Part shown: positions 26,481 to 36,706 of the stretch, piece after piece
How the letters are laid out: each line of letters opens with the position of its first letter
Position numbering within the stretch: the first letter of the stretch is position 1
From: Heptranchias perlo
Lineage: Eukaryota
DNA: 64,000 nt
NCBI RefSeq assembly: GCF_035084215.1
Contig: NC_090358.1
Coordinates: 8,494,001-8,558,000 of the forward strand
Direction of reading: 5' to 3'
Position numbers and translations under genes: made by a program
Notes under the pieces: model-generated
Databases searched by the model: none
The model's input: only the letters and a program-made list of their open reading frames with translations
Told to the model about the DNA's origin: nothing

Positions 26481-26649
26481 CATTCTCGTTTTCATTTGGT
26501 AGATAAGAGTCAACTAAACCTTTAGTTTTCTCAAGTCTGTAGGTCACCACATTTATTGCTTTGTCAGAGACATGAAGGATAGGAATGGTGACTTTATCTG
26601 TTATGTTCTTCACTTTCATAACTGCCATTTGTTTCACATCTGATGCAAT
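26481..26649 (-). CDS. PLIN1: Perilipin exon 5, 11-mer repeat region (IASDVKQMAVMKVKNITDKVTIPILHVSDKAINVVTYRLEKTKGLVDSYLPNENEN)
   Basis: Starts IAS, contains PI...SDK and ends V..YLP, resembling PLIN1; tctttgcag / gtaaga, 169 nt, phase 0/1. Confidence 0.9.
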
Positions 26650-27454
26650 CTGCAAAGACATCAGTACAGATATTACTACATTGTAAATACAAGTTAATGC
26701 CTTTATTGGATAAATGAAGGACTATTTGAATTAACCTGGCACTAACCCTACTTAAAATACAAGTTTTTAAATTTTCTAAAAATGGTATGTTACACAACCC
26801 TTCTACTCTCTGCGCCACAAGCTAAATCCAAATATCATGTTGTATAAAACACAAGGGAAACTGAAGCAAGAAAAGGGTCAATCAAGCCCACTCTGTTCTA
26901 GCAAAAGACTGTTTCAATTTCCAGCATTTGTATTAAAAGAAATTGCTCGAAATGCAGAAGAAATCCATCAGTGTCTACAGAAAAAGAACTAAAAGGGTTA
27001 TATCCAAAAAAATGTCTTTTCCCTTTGCAGATGCTGACAAGCCTATTCTGTATTCCCAGTATTTTCTATCATGGGCCCTTTCTCCCTACTCCTACTTATT
27101 GATCCTCTGCATTGCAGAATTCCAAACTCCTCCCCCAACCCTCTCAAAAATCAATGCTGTTGATATCTGTATTCTTCCAATCTTCCTTTTGCAACAGATG
27201 TATTCTTATTAAGTGCAGAAAAGATGCATTTTTCTTCTGACTGAATTGATTATAATGGGACTCATTTGACCAAAGTGTATGTTCATCTCGAGCATGACGT
27301 CAAACCTGCAACCCTTCCCAGTTTCAGTATATACAATGCTTTTGAAGTGTACCATGATCCAAATAGGAGCACTAAAAAGGAAAGACCTTTAGTAAAACCC
27401 TTGTACATCAATGGAAACCTTTTTTACTCCCCAGCAGCAGTTTTATTTTTTATC

Positions 27455-27782
27455 TCTGTAACCTCCTTCAAGCCCTACATCCCTCCGAGATCTCTGCGCT
27501 CCTCCAATTCTGGCCTCTTGTGCATCCCCGATTTTCATCGCTCCACCATTGGCGGCTGTGCCTTCAGCTGCCTAGGCCCTAAGCTCTGGAAGTCCCTCCC
27601 TAAACCTCTCATTTCCTTTAAGATGCTCCTTAAAACCTACCTCTATGACCAACCTTTTGGTCACCTGTCCTAATATCCCCTTATGTGGCTTGGTGTCAAA
27701 TTTTGTTTGATAATGCTCTTGTGAAGCACCTTGGGATGTTTTACTATGTTAAAGGCGCTATATAAAAATATATAAGTTGTTG
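27455..27782 (+). mobile_element. L2 3' fragment
   Basis: LRSSNSGLL.IP...RSTIGG.AFS and tail aaaggcgctatata. Confidence 0.85.
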
Positions 27783-27832
27783 ATATTTTTAAACCCGTGA
27801 CCATGATGGCAGACAGACAGACACAAACTCAC

Positions 27833-27915
27833 TTTTATGGAGTCCTCATGAAGTGCAGGAAACTTCTCCTCCAGATAGTCAAGTCCTTTACAGGCATAGA
27901 CATTGGCAACTGCAA
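27833..27915 (-). CDS. PLIN1: Perilipin exon 4 (IAVANVYACKGLDYLEEKFPALHEDSIK)
   Basis: Perilipin AN.YAC.GLD.LEEK.P.L motif; 83-nt exon, cttacag / gtgagt, phase 1/0. Confidence 0.95.
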
Positions 27916-29199
27916 CTGTAAGCCATAATATTCCTGGTCATCACATGAGTGGAACAACTTGAACAACCATATACCAAAGTGCTTTGGACACTTCAGTAAA
28001 TGCCTGGTAATGCTTACTGGCACATATCAAAGACCGGCACTGTAGGCTCTCATTCTGCAATTTTTGTAGCACAACAAATTTGGACTTGGAAGATTAAATC
28101 ATGTACTTCTCATTTTCAGAAACATGATATTTACAAGACAATTACCATATAAATTTTTTTTAGAAAGTGTTGATGATATTGGGGATTTTATCTTGAACAA
28201 GTTGAATGAGGGAGCAGACTTTTTACAATGGTGATTAACACAACAATACAGTGTGAAGAGTTTTGCCTACTGTGACGGTTTTTTTTAAAAAAAAGGGGAA
28301 ATAAGACTGATAAATTTATCAATAGCTACAGGCCTTGCAACATAGAAGTAGAATTCATCTATAGTTAAACAATCTGGAAGCCAAGAACTAAACTTTAGGA
28401 GGGATGTCAGAGGGAAAAACTTAGTCTTGGGCTACTCTTCCACATGCTACATTGGGTTGGTATATAATTATACTGGCAGATACATGAGCAGGCCACAAAC
28501 CAGTCCACTTAACTGAGGAATGTTTATATAAATGGTACCGAAACAAGGTCTGTACAATTGGCTCTTTACTAGAAAGTTACTGGGCAACTTTTCAGTACAC
28601 TTTAGTCAAGTAAGCTGAAGTATTGGAAGATAATCCATTTATTATTGGTCATTACTAAGTTACCAAAGTGCACTACTGGAGTCAAAACTAGGAGTGGAGG
28701 TAACAGTCAGTTTAAAGCGTCAAACAGAATTATTTTTGTGCTTGCTTCCATTTTTTTTAGAAAAAGTTCCCACACTGCCAATCTCTCCCATGAGGCAACT
28801 CTACATTAACCTCAGAGGAATAAAAATCTGTGTCTGATCCCATAATATTAATATAGATACATTATACACTTTTAGAGTATGAAACTGAAAACCTTTTAGC
28901 AGTACAGCAACTATCGATTTGGAGGAGATGGATGTACAATTGAACACCAAGCACTTCATAGTAGCTGCAGTACTCCTTCTAGCCAGAGAAGGTTCCAGAA
29001 CCAAGCTAAGTACAGTAGGTAAAGATTTTGCTCAGCGCCATTTTTCAGATTTCCTGCCACGAGATTACAGTACGCTTGGCTTAAATATGGCTTCCAAAGT
29101 TTACAAACTGATCAGAAGGTGCACAGGTTGGAACCATTTAGAAAATCTTTGACTTTTGAAGCTGAATTTGGCAGTTTTAGGTGCAGCTGTCTTAAATAA

Positions 29200-29625
29200 G
29201 TGCGGCTGCAGAATGTACAATCTACAGATGCACTGCAGCAACTCACTAAGGTTACTTCAACAGTATTTCCCTGCCCTTGGACATTTGGCACCAAGAAGGA
29301 CAAGAGCTGCAATGTTGTGAGAACACCATCATCTCCAAGTCACACACATCCTGACTTGGACATATATAGTCATTCCTTCATCGCTGCTGGGTCAGAAACC
29401 TGGAAATCTCTATGTAACACTATTGTGGGAGCACCATCGTCACAAGGACTGCAGCAGTTCAAGGAGAAGGATCACCACCACACTCAGGGCAACTAGGGAT
29501 GGGCAATAAATGCCAGCCTTGCCCACATACTACAACAGACTACATTTTGAAAAAAAGTACTTAATTGGCTGTAAAGCACTTTGGGATGGCATGAGATTGT
29601 GAAAGGCACTATATAAATGCAAGAA
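29200..29625 (+). mobile_element. Old CR1-group LINE tail joined to a DeuSINE-like tail
   Basis: Similarity to 40110-40350, followed by aaaagtacttaattggctgtaaagcactttggg...aaaggcactatataaatgcaag. Confidence 0.7.
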
Positions 29626-29782
29626 TTTCTATTTTTATATACTGAACAGAAAAGGGCACTGATTCAATTACAGGTTATGTCAGTACATCAGTGTGTTGAA
29701 GCTCCAATGAATTGCAGCACATACCTACAATTCCCCACACTGAGTTTTTCCGGACCTCAAAACTGTGAAACTTATTGCTCAT

Positions 29783-30095
29783 CTTTCGGATGAGATGTTA
29801 AACTGAAGCCCCGTCTGTCCTCTCAAGTGAATGTAAACGATCCCATGGCACTATTTTGAAGAAGAGCAGGGGAGATCTTTTTGGTGTCGTGGCCAATATT
29901 TATCCCTCTACCAAACATCACTAAAACAGATCTTCTGGTCGTTATCACATTGCTGTTTGTGGGACCTAGCTATGGGCAAATTGGCTGTCGCATTTCCTAC
30001 ATTAGAACAGTGACTACACTTCAAAAGTATCTCATTGGCTGTAAAGCTCTTTGGGACATCTTGACATCGTGAAAGGCACTATATAAATGCAAATC
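29783..30095 (+). mobile_element. DeuSINE-like SINE (central domain and tail)
   Basis: ctttcggatgagatgttaaactgaagcccc...gatcccatggcactattttgaagaagagcagggg central block; L2-like tail. Confidence 0.8.
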
Positions 30096-30981
30096 TTTCT
30101 CTCTATCTGGCTTTCCTCTTTCCTACGATTTCTAGGCCTTACAGCTAAAGCTTGGGTGTCAATCACTACTTCTGCATTTACCTCACTCCCCAGAAACCAG
30201 CTATAGTGACACTGGACAGATTACTTTCTCTCAGGTCTCTCCTACCTGGGGATGGGGAAGGGATTGACCACTTGATATTTTTGAAGCTTCCATTGTTTTG
30301 ACATTTGATAATGGTTTAAAACCTTGAAACATTTAGAATTTTTTTTTTTTAAAAAGGAACAATGGAACCTTATTCCAAAAAAAATGTTCTTTAGCATTTG
30401 GAAAGATTTTGAAAAAAAGGAAAGCAAATTAATATCTTTAATGCCCTTCAAGTGCACTTTCTGGTAGATGCAAATTTCATCTAAATCAGACATTTTCCTC
30501 ATATAAAATAGTACCAAATTAAGTCAATGTAGTGTGGGCGATCCATCATTAAACTACACTATCTTAAAATGGCACAAACACAACCCAATGAAGCCAAATT
30601 ATGCAAATATCCTGACCCTAAATAACATTATTAGACAAAGAAAAGTTACATTCAAGAAAGGCCTGCCACGTCATTAATCATCCAGCTACTGCATCCTTGG
30701 TTTTGCTTTTCTAAGTCCCAGTAATGTTCCGTTTCAGTGAGTTATTGCTGGACTTTTTGACTGGCTTTGTCATCTGGTGATGCTGGCCATGTCCTGATAG
30801 TTAAGTTCAGCCTAAGCCAACAGAACAGCAAATGGACCAATATCTATGTCTGAAGTCAGAGGCAGATGACATGCTGAAGCCAAGCATCAGTGTGGAAGAA
30901 TGAGATGGAAAGCAAGACAATAAATGTAGGCATATTCACATACTGAGCCCAAGGTTAACACCACAACTAGTAGGTCCTTAC

Positions 30982-31180
30982 TTTGAGGCTGTAGTTTCTG
31001 AAGAACTGGCTGCATGCTCTTCACAGCCAGAGCAGTAGTTATTTTTATTCCTCTCTCAGAAACCTCACAAACTGATGCGACTACAGGATATTTGTCCTTG
31101 GTGTGGTTATAAGCATTGTAGAAGATGTCACAAGTGGAACTTACTGCCAGCAGGCTGCTGAACCTCTTTATGAAGTTCTC
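30982..31180 (-). CDS. PLIN1: Perilipin exon 3, PAT domain (ENFIKRFSSLLAVSSTCDIFYNAYNHTKDKYPVVASVCEVSERGIKITTALAVKSMQPVLQKLQPQ)
   Basis: Hand translation gives the perilipin PAT signature (Y..TK..YP.VASVCE..E.G); ttttatag acceptor, gtaag donor; 199 nt, phase 0/1. Confidence 0.93.
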
Positions 31181-31461
31181 CTATAAAAGTAATGAAATAC
31201 AAGTTATACTTGGATACGCAAATAAATTGCCATTCGCACTTCAACATCTGTCAACGATACATGTAGTCATTTTCAACTGGCTCTTGGTTATCGTTTACCA
31301 TGTATAGTTCACCAATGCCTGTTACCAGATTCCCATTGTACTGCAAGCTATTATTAAAGTGGCATAAACAAGCTCCCTGGTTAAGAGTCAGTGCTGATCC
31401 AATAGTCTATCCTTTCCCTTCCATCCATTAACATTGTAGCTTGTATTGTGTTCTTCCTTAC

Positions 31462-31500
31462 CTTACTTTCAGTGTAACTGCACTGCCTGTCTTCTGTCAT
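31462..31500 (-). CDS. PLIN1: Perilipin (PLIN1-like) first coding exon (exon 2), MTEDRQCSYTESK
   Basis: Acceptor aatatttacag, 9 nt of UTR, ATG at 31500, donor gtaagg; phase 0, in frame with the next exon; short start exon as in PLIN1. Confidence 0.75.
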
Positions 31501-31984
31501 TACGACAACCTGTAAATATTAAGTGCACACCCATGTAAGTCTACGCCCGGTCATCAACTTCAGAAGCAAAAAAATGTTACTAGAAGTATTAATACTATTA
31601 CATCCTCAGAAGGCAACACTACAGCAGTGAGATATAGTGTAGGACTGCTCGGTAGGAGGAGATAAAGATTTTGCAGAGGCAGACACCCAAAATGAGAAAG
31701 CAGGTAAAGCAAATAAAGGCATGGCACTCAAGGGTGAAATGGTACAGGTAAAGAAAAAGTAGGATATCATAGGCAATCCATTGTAATTGGTGACTCTGTA
31801 GGGAGATTTGTGGATAGCAAGTTGTGCAGGGATAACAGCAAGGAATGATTTGATTTTTCCTATTACTAAGGGCTATAGCTCATCAATCTGTTTTCAATCA
31901 GACAGATGGGCAGAGGATGAGAAAGCAGCAGAAAAGGGGGACAGCCAATAGCGGAATTACAGGTGGGAATGGAGCGATCAGGAG

Positions 31985-32080
31985 TAGAAGAAAGATCATC
32001 GACCTGAAACATTAACTGTTTCTTTCTCCACAGATGCTGCCTGATTTGCTGAGTATTTCCAGCATTTTCTATTTTTAAAT
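31985..32080 (+). mobile_element. Old Penelope-like terminal repeat fragment
   Basis: tcatcgacctgaaacattaactg...cacagatgctgcctgatttgctgagtatttccagcattttc; more decayed copies near 27000-27070 and 62790-62860. Confidence 0.6.
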
Positions 32081-33809
32081 TTAGAAGAAGAACGGTGAGT
32101 AAGCTTAAAGCAGAGTGCAGGAGGGCATGTTATCTAGGCTTCTTCCATCATCTAGAGAAAGAATGAGCAAGATCATTAATTTCAAACGAATCATTGGTTA
32201 TGAAACACTGGAGTATCCAGAGATACATGATAAGGTACTATGTGAATGCAACTTCTTTCAATAGATGGAGCACTGTTGACAAAACAAAATTGGGATTTAT
32301 TTAAAATAAATTTGAAAGGAAGGGTCTAGTACTTCAGTAAGCAGATGAGCAAATGGTCACCAAGGAGAGGAGAAGCAGTCAAGCAAGAAAATTCAAATAG
32401 GATTACAGTATTAATTATTACATTTAAATGCATTAGTACTAATCATCTATTGGAATTGAGATAAACAGGCAAAGGCACAGATATTGATATCATGGAACCA
32501 ACTTCAAACAGAATATGGACAAGACATGTTAAACACATTTAAAACTGAAAGGCATTAAGCTAAATGAAGGTGTGGTAATATTGGTGCAGGGGACAGGTTA
32601 CTGTGGAGCACAACAGAAATGCTTCAACATATTGAACCATGATTGTCCAGCAAGTAAAGAGTATTAGGTTGTTCATAAGATTCTATTTTTAAGAAGTCAA
32701 TTTAAGCATAATCTCCAGAACCCATAAATATTGCAAACTGAAGATGGAGAGAATGCAGTCAAGGTGATTTTGTACTATTGTATTTGCTGAGATGCACAGT
32801 ATTAGCACCAGGAAACTAACTCTTCCAGGTGAGCTCAATATTGCTGCCAATTTGAGATCACTCCACTATACACTCGGTAGCAGTGTCATACTGCCTCATG
32901 TACTACACTTCAAGCCAAAAGGGCAGCAAAACTGTGCCATTACAACTAGTTGTTGATGGATGTCTCCATTTGAGGTAATAGTCCTCTCTATTTTATTAGA
33001 CTAAAAGATAGCTTTAAGTCTGCATACAAGCCAATGTACTTTATTTTATCAGCTAATTGGAAGAGTTTACTAACACCCACTTGAAATCGGTTACTGCAGA
33101 ACTGTCAAAGAAGCTTCCCCTCCAATATTTGTGCCAGTCAGAAAAGCGGTGGCCAAAGGACGGGAGAAAATGGAATGTTAGCTAATGAGGAATGCAATAA
33201 AAAGGAATAGGCAATAGCCAAGCAGAGACATCTGTTAAGAAGTTTGATTCAAGAAAGATCAATACGCATTTGGGGAAATAAACTCATTTTTCATTAAATT
33301 TGATAGTTTTAAAAATGAGCCTTCTTGCAAGTTAAGCACTGCAAAAAGTTGTAGATCAAAGATCAACAATTGCATGCAGTCAGCAAGATTGACCCTTCCA
33401 AAACATACTGAAGAGGGAATGAAATATTCCAGCCTTGCAAGCTGAGCCACATTACACTCTTTGGCATGGGAAAGGAAATAAACTCTTGCACAAGTCTAGG
33501 ACAAATCACTGTGACCCAGTGCTGAGGGGCTGACTGATTGACCCTGGAAGGAAATAAACTAATTATATTTTAAAGGTGGACTTTAAAAAAAGCTGCAATT
33601 ATTTCCTCCTGTTTTTAAAAGCCAAAAACACCGGTGCAAATCAAAGACCTTTCATTGCACGACAAAACCATCATATACAATGGAAAGAGCAACATCTATT
33701 CTGAAAGGCATTGACTGAGGTCTTTGCCCTGTAGGTTCACTACCAATCCAATTATTTAGTGACTAAACTATTAGACAACATACAAATCATATGCAAATAC
33801 AAGACTGGC

Positions 33810-34078
33810 AGGGTTATCGGTACAAGAATATTCAGAGAGGATTTTTCAGTCCTCCTCAGAGATTATGATCTGGAGTGCACTGCCAGAGAGGGTAGTGGAA
33901 GCAGATTTAATAATAACTTTCAAAAAGGAATTGGATAAATACTTGAAGGGGAGAAAATTGCAGGACTATGGGGAAAGAGCAGAGGCATGGGACTAATTGG
34001 ATAGCTCTTTCAAAGAGCCAGCACAGGTACGATGGGTTGAGTGGCCTTCTTCTGTGCTGTAAGATTCTATGATTATGA
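33810..34078 (+). mobile_element. CR1 3' end fragment
   Basis: Remnant of W..LP..VVEA....FK..LD followed by a 3' UTR ending ttctatgatt. Confidence 0.75.
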
Positions 34079-34596
34079 ACAGGATATCAGCAGACCCATC
34101 TCCACAGAAAACCTTCATACAATATTACACTACAGAAGCAAACCATTAAGCCCATTTCACCTGTGCCATCTTCTTGAAAAAGCGATCGCCTTAGTCCCAT
34201 TCCCCTGCCATTTCCTTTTTTAAAATATTTATTCTTTTTCCTTTTAAAAGTAGTTAGAAATGTTGCTGCCAGCGCTGGCAATGCCAATGGATTTTGTGCA
34301 TTGTTTCATTAAATTCAACACATTTTCATTCACACCTTTAATATGATCATCACCAAATGGGTTGCAATAACCAGCAAAAAAAGTCTGAGATCATGTGCTG
34401 ATTTGCTGACTCTTTTATTGAGAGGAAGGGAAAGAGGAAAGAAAGAAAGAACAGCAGGAAAATAAGAGAGAAAAAGATCATCTATTCAAGACTAGCCAGA
34501 AATAACTTGTACAGACTATTTGTTTACCAAGAGCCTCAAAAGTTCAGGTTGCAAAGAGGTATAAGAAAAGGTGCCAGACCTCAATCATCTGGAGTG

Positions 34597-34722
34597 AGAT
34601 GTACTTATTTAATGTCACTTATTCCACCCATCTCATTCTTGAAATATGAGTTTGCAACCTTTTGCAAACTCATATTTCAAGAATGAGATGGGTGGAATAA
34701 GTGACATTAAATAAGTACATCT
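34597..34722. repeat. Perfect inverted repeat, 61-bp arms, 4-nt spacer (cctt)
   Basis: 34597-34657 is the exact reverse complement of 34662-34722. Confidence 0.97.
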
Positions 34723-35275
34723 TTTGATCATAAATCTCCACCTCTAACACTTCCCCCTTGGTAATGTTTTTAAAAAGGTATAGCAACATTGCCTAAAGAG
34801 CAGTCGCTGCACTCCAAATCTAATTCATTGTAGGGACCACATTGAGACCTTTTGATTTCGATAAGGCGCCATGTAACTACAAAACATAATTATCTGTAAG
34901 CGTTAGAGGAAATTAAGCTAATAAAAAGTTTGTCCCGAAAGGAAATCCCCATTGATAGACCGCTAGAGCCTTTTAACGCCCAGGTGAAGCCTATCAATCA
35001 CGACAGGTGTTAGTGGGGTTGGACTAAAATTGTACAGTCCCGCAAAATAAAAACAGACCTGGGATTCTTTAGTTATAGCTACCTCGCTAGCCATTAAAAG
35101 AAGTTATGCCACTCTTGTTAATTTGCAAAGCCCTTTCAAACAAATTGCAATTTAGAAAAATACACAGCTGTACTTAGACTACTCCACTAAGTACTGGGAC
35201 AGAAGGGCTGAACCCGAGCGGTTTATACGTGCTACAGTTTTGCTGTAAAAAAGCGTTACAGCCCCAGGTACTCAC

Positions 35276-35340
35276 AGCAGACCGGTTCCTCCCGAGTAAT
35301 AACAATCAAACTCTGCCCAGGATCCAGAAACTGAACAACT
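35276..35340 (-). other. PLIN1: Putative non-coding exon 1 of perilipin
   Basis: Donor gtgagt at 35275, downstream of TATA-like, GC and CCAAT boxes; 5' end estimated from TATA spacing. Confidence 0.55.
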
Positions 35341-35359
35341 CCCGAGTTTAGCTCCATCC

Positions 35360-35405
35360 TGAAATTAAATAGCATGTGGAGCCCACCCCTCCACGCCCAT
35401 TGGAC
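35360..35405 (-). promoter_or_regulatory. Putative perilipin core promoter
   Basis: On the minus strand: CCAAT (35399-35403), GGGCGTGG and GGGGTGGGC boxes (35381-35398), TATTTAA (35365-35371), in canonical order. Confidence 0.55.
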
Positions 35406-36310
35406 AGCACCGTCAACTCTTCCTCTTGCTAGAACTGTTACCCAACAGTGTAATCAATAGCTATTGTGGTTTTATCTTTCTGTTGGGCCGTATGTAGAAG
35501 GGTGAAGCTGTGCAATGTGCAGCACACTGGGTTCACAATGCATTGTATTAAAACAGTGGGGGCCGGTGAACAGGTTCCTTCTATTGTGCCTAGGCGAGTT
35601 CCAGACTTCAGTTACCCTGGTGTGGGAAAGTGGAAGGCAAAGCAAAGGGGGAAAAAGGAAAATCAGAGGGAGCATCATCATAATTATCAGACTCATCTTG
35701 TCCACATCCTAGCAGCCCAGCTCAGAGCAACATTGTCAGAGGGTTTGGAGTATGATATCCAACTACACTCTCAACCACATGGCCATCCTGATAGTTGCAA
35801 GAGCAACAGACTAAGACTTTTTCAAACTTGAAGTACCCGAGTAAGTAGGAGAATAATGCTGATGAAAATATGGGGCAAAATAGGAGGGAAGAAATTACAG
35901 AAAGAGTTTTTTTTTAAATCAAGTATTTTGGAAAAGATTGACAAGATTTAGGAGTAATTCAAATCAGACGTGTAAACTCCAGTATAAAGGCAGGACTAAA
36001 CAATCATTTGGCCCCACCATAGTCATATATGGAAAAAACTCAAGGAATTTGATCCAAGCAATTTTCCAGATGGTAGACATGCTAAATTAAGGTGGATGTT
36101 CACCCTGAACATTAGTATCCAACCAAATCATGAATTTCAAGGCACCAAATTATACTAAGAATTGAAAGGCATTTAAAATGGTGTCTTTCCAAGATGTATC
36201 CAAAAGCTAAGCAGGAGCAATCACTGCTCAGGCGGAGGTTGAGAATGCTGTCTTAAGGGCGATCGGAGCCACAAACAATAGAAAATTGGAACCACACCAA
36301 CCTTCAGACT

Positions 36311-36706
36311 AGGGGATCTGGGTGGTACTGTGGGTTAGAAACTGGCCTTTCACCTCTGGGACCTGGGTTAAAATCCAGCTCAGACTGATGGGATGAAAGG
36401 CTGCTCTGTCCATTGGTTGTGAGGGTTCTGTTGGGGTCTCAATCCAGCCTCTAGTGGGTATAATAGCACAAAACCACATCTAAGTTGGCATTAATTGGCA
36501 ATGCCACTTATCCACCTAAGGATGGTTGGTGTGGGAATTAGAAATAAATGTCACATTGGTGGGTTGGAGTTGCTGTTCTGAGTTTTCAGCTGAAGTGCAT
36601 TGTTGGGACAGAGTAGAGGGACCTCTAATCTGCATCTACCTGACAGTGCTTGCTGTTAATGCTGGGTGCCATTCCCCAACACTTACCTAATTGAGCACCA
36701 AAAAAA
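36311..36706 (+). mobile_element. LF-SINE-like tRNA-derived SINE
   Basis: Blocks gcctttcacctct.gg, aatccagc.cag, gttgg.gtctca.tccag..ctagtgg, cacaaaaccac, ttggca.taattggca and gagcac.aaaa resemble the recalled LF-SINE consensus. Confidence 0.65.

Noticed and set aside
30242-30517. 91-aa minus-strand ORF ending near a gtagg donor
   Set aside because: Low-complexity AT-rich sequence with no similarity; not needed between exons 3 and 4, whose motifs join directly.
31985-32015. Third hammerhead in the old Penelope-like fragment
   Set aside because: GAAAC is present but the CUGANGA core is decayed (agaagaa), so no intact motif.
35276-35357. ATG-initiated reading MELNSGVVQF... as perilipin coding exon 1
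   Set aside because: No perilipin similarity, and the ATG lies only about 8 nt from the TATA-like box, probably upstream of the transcript start.
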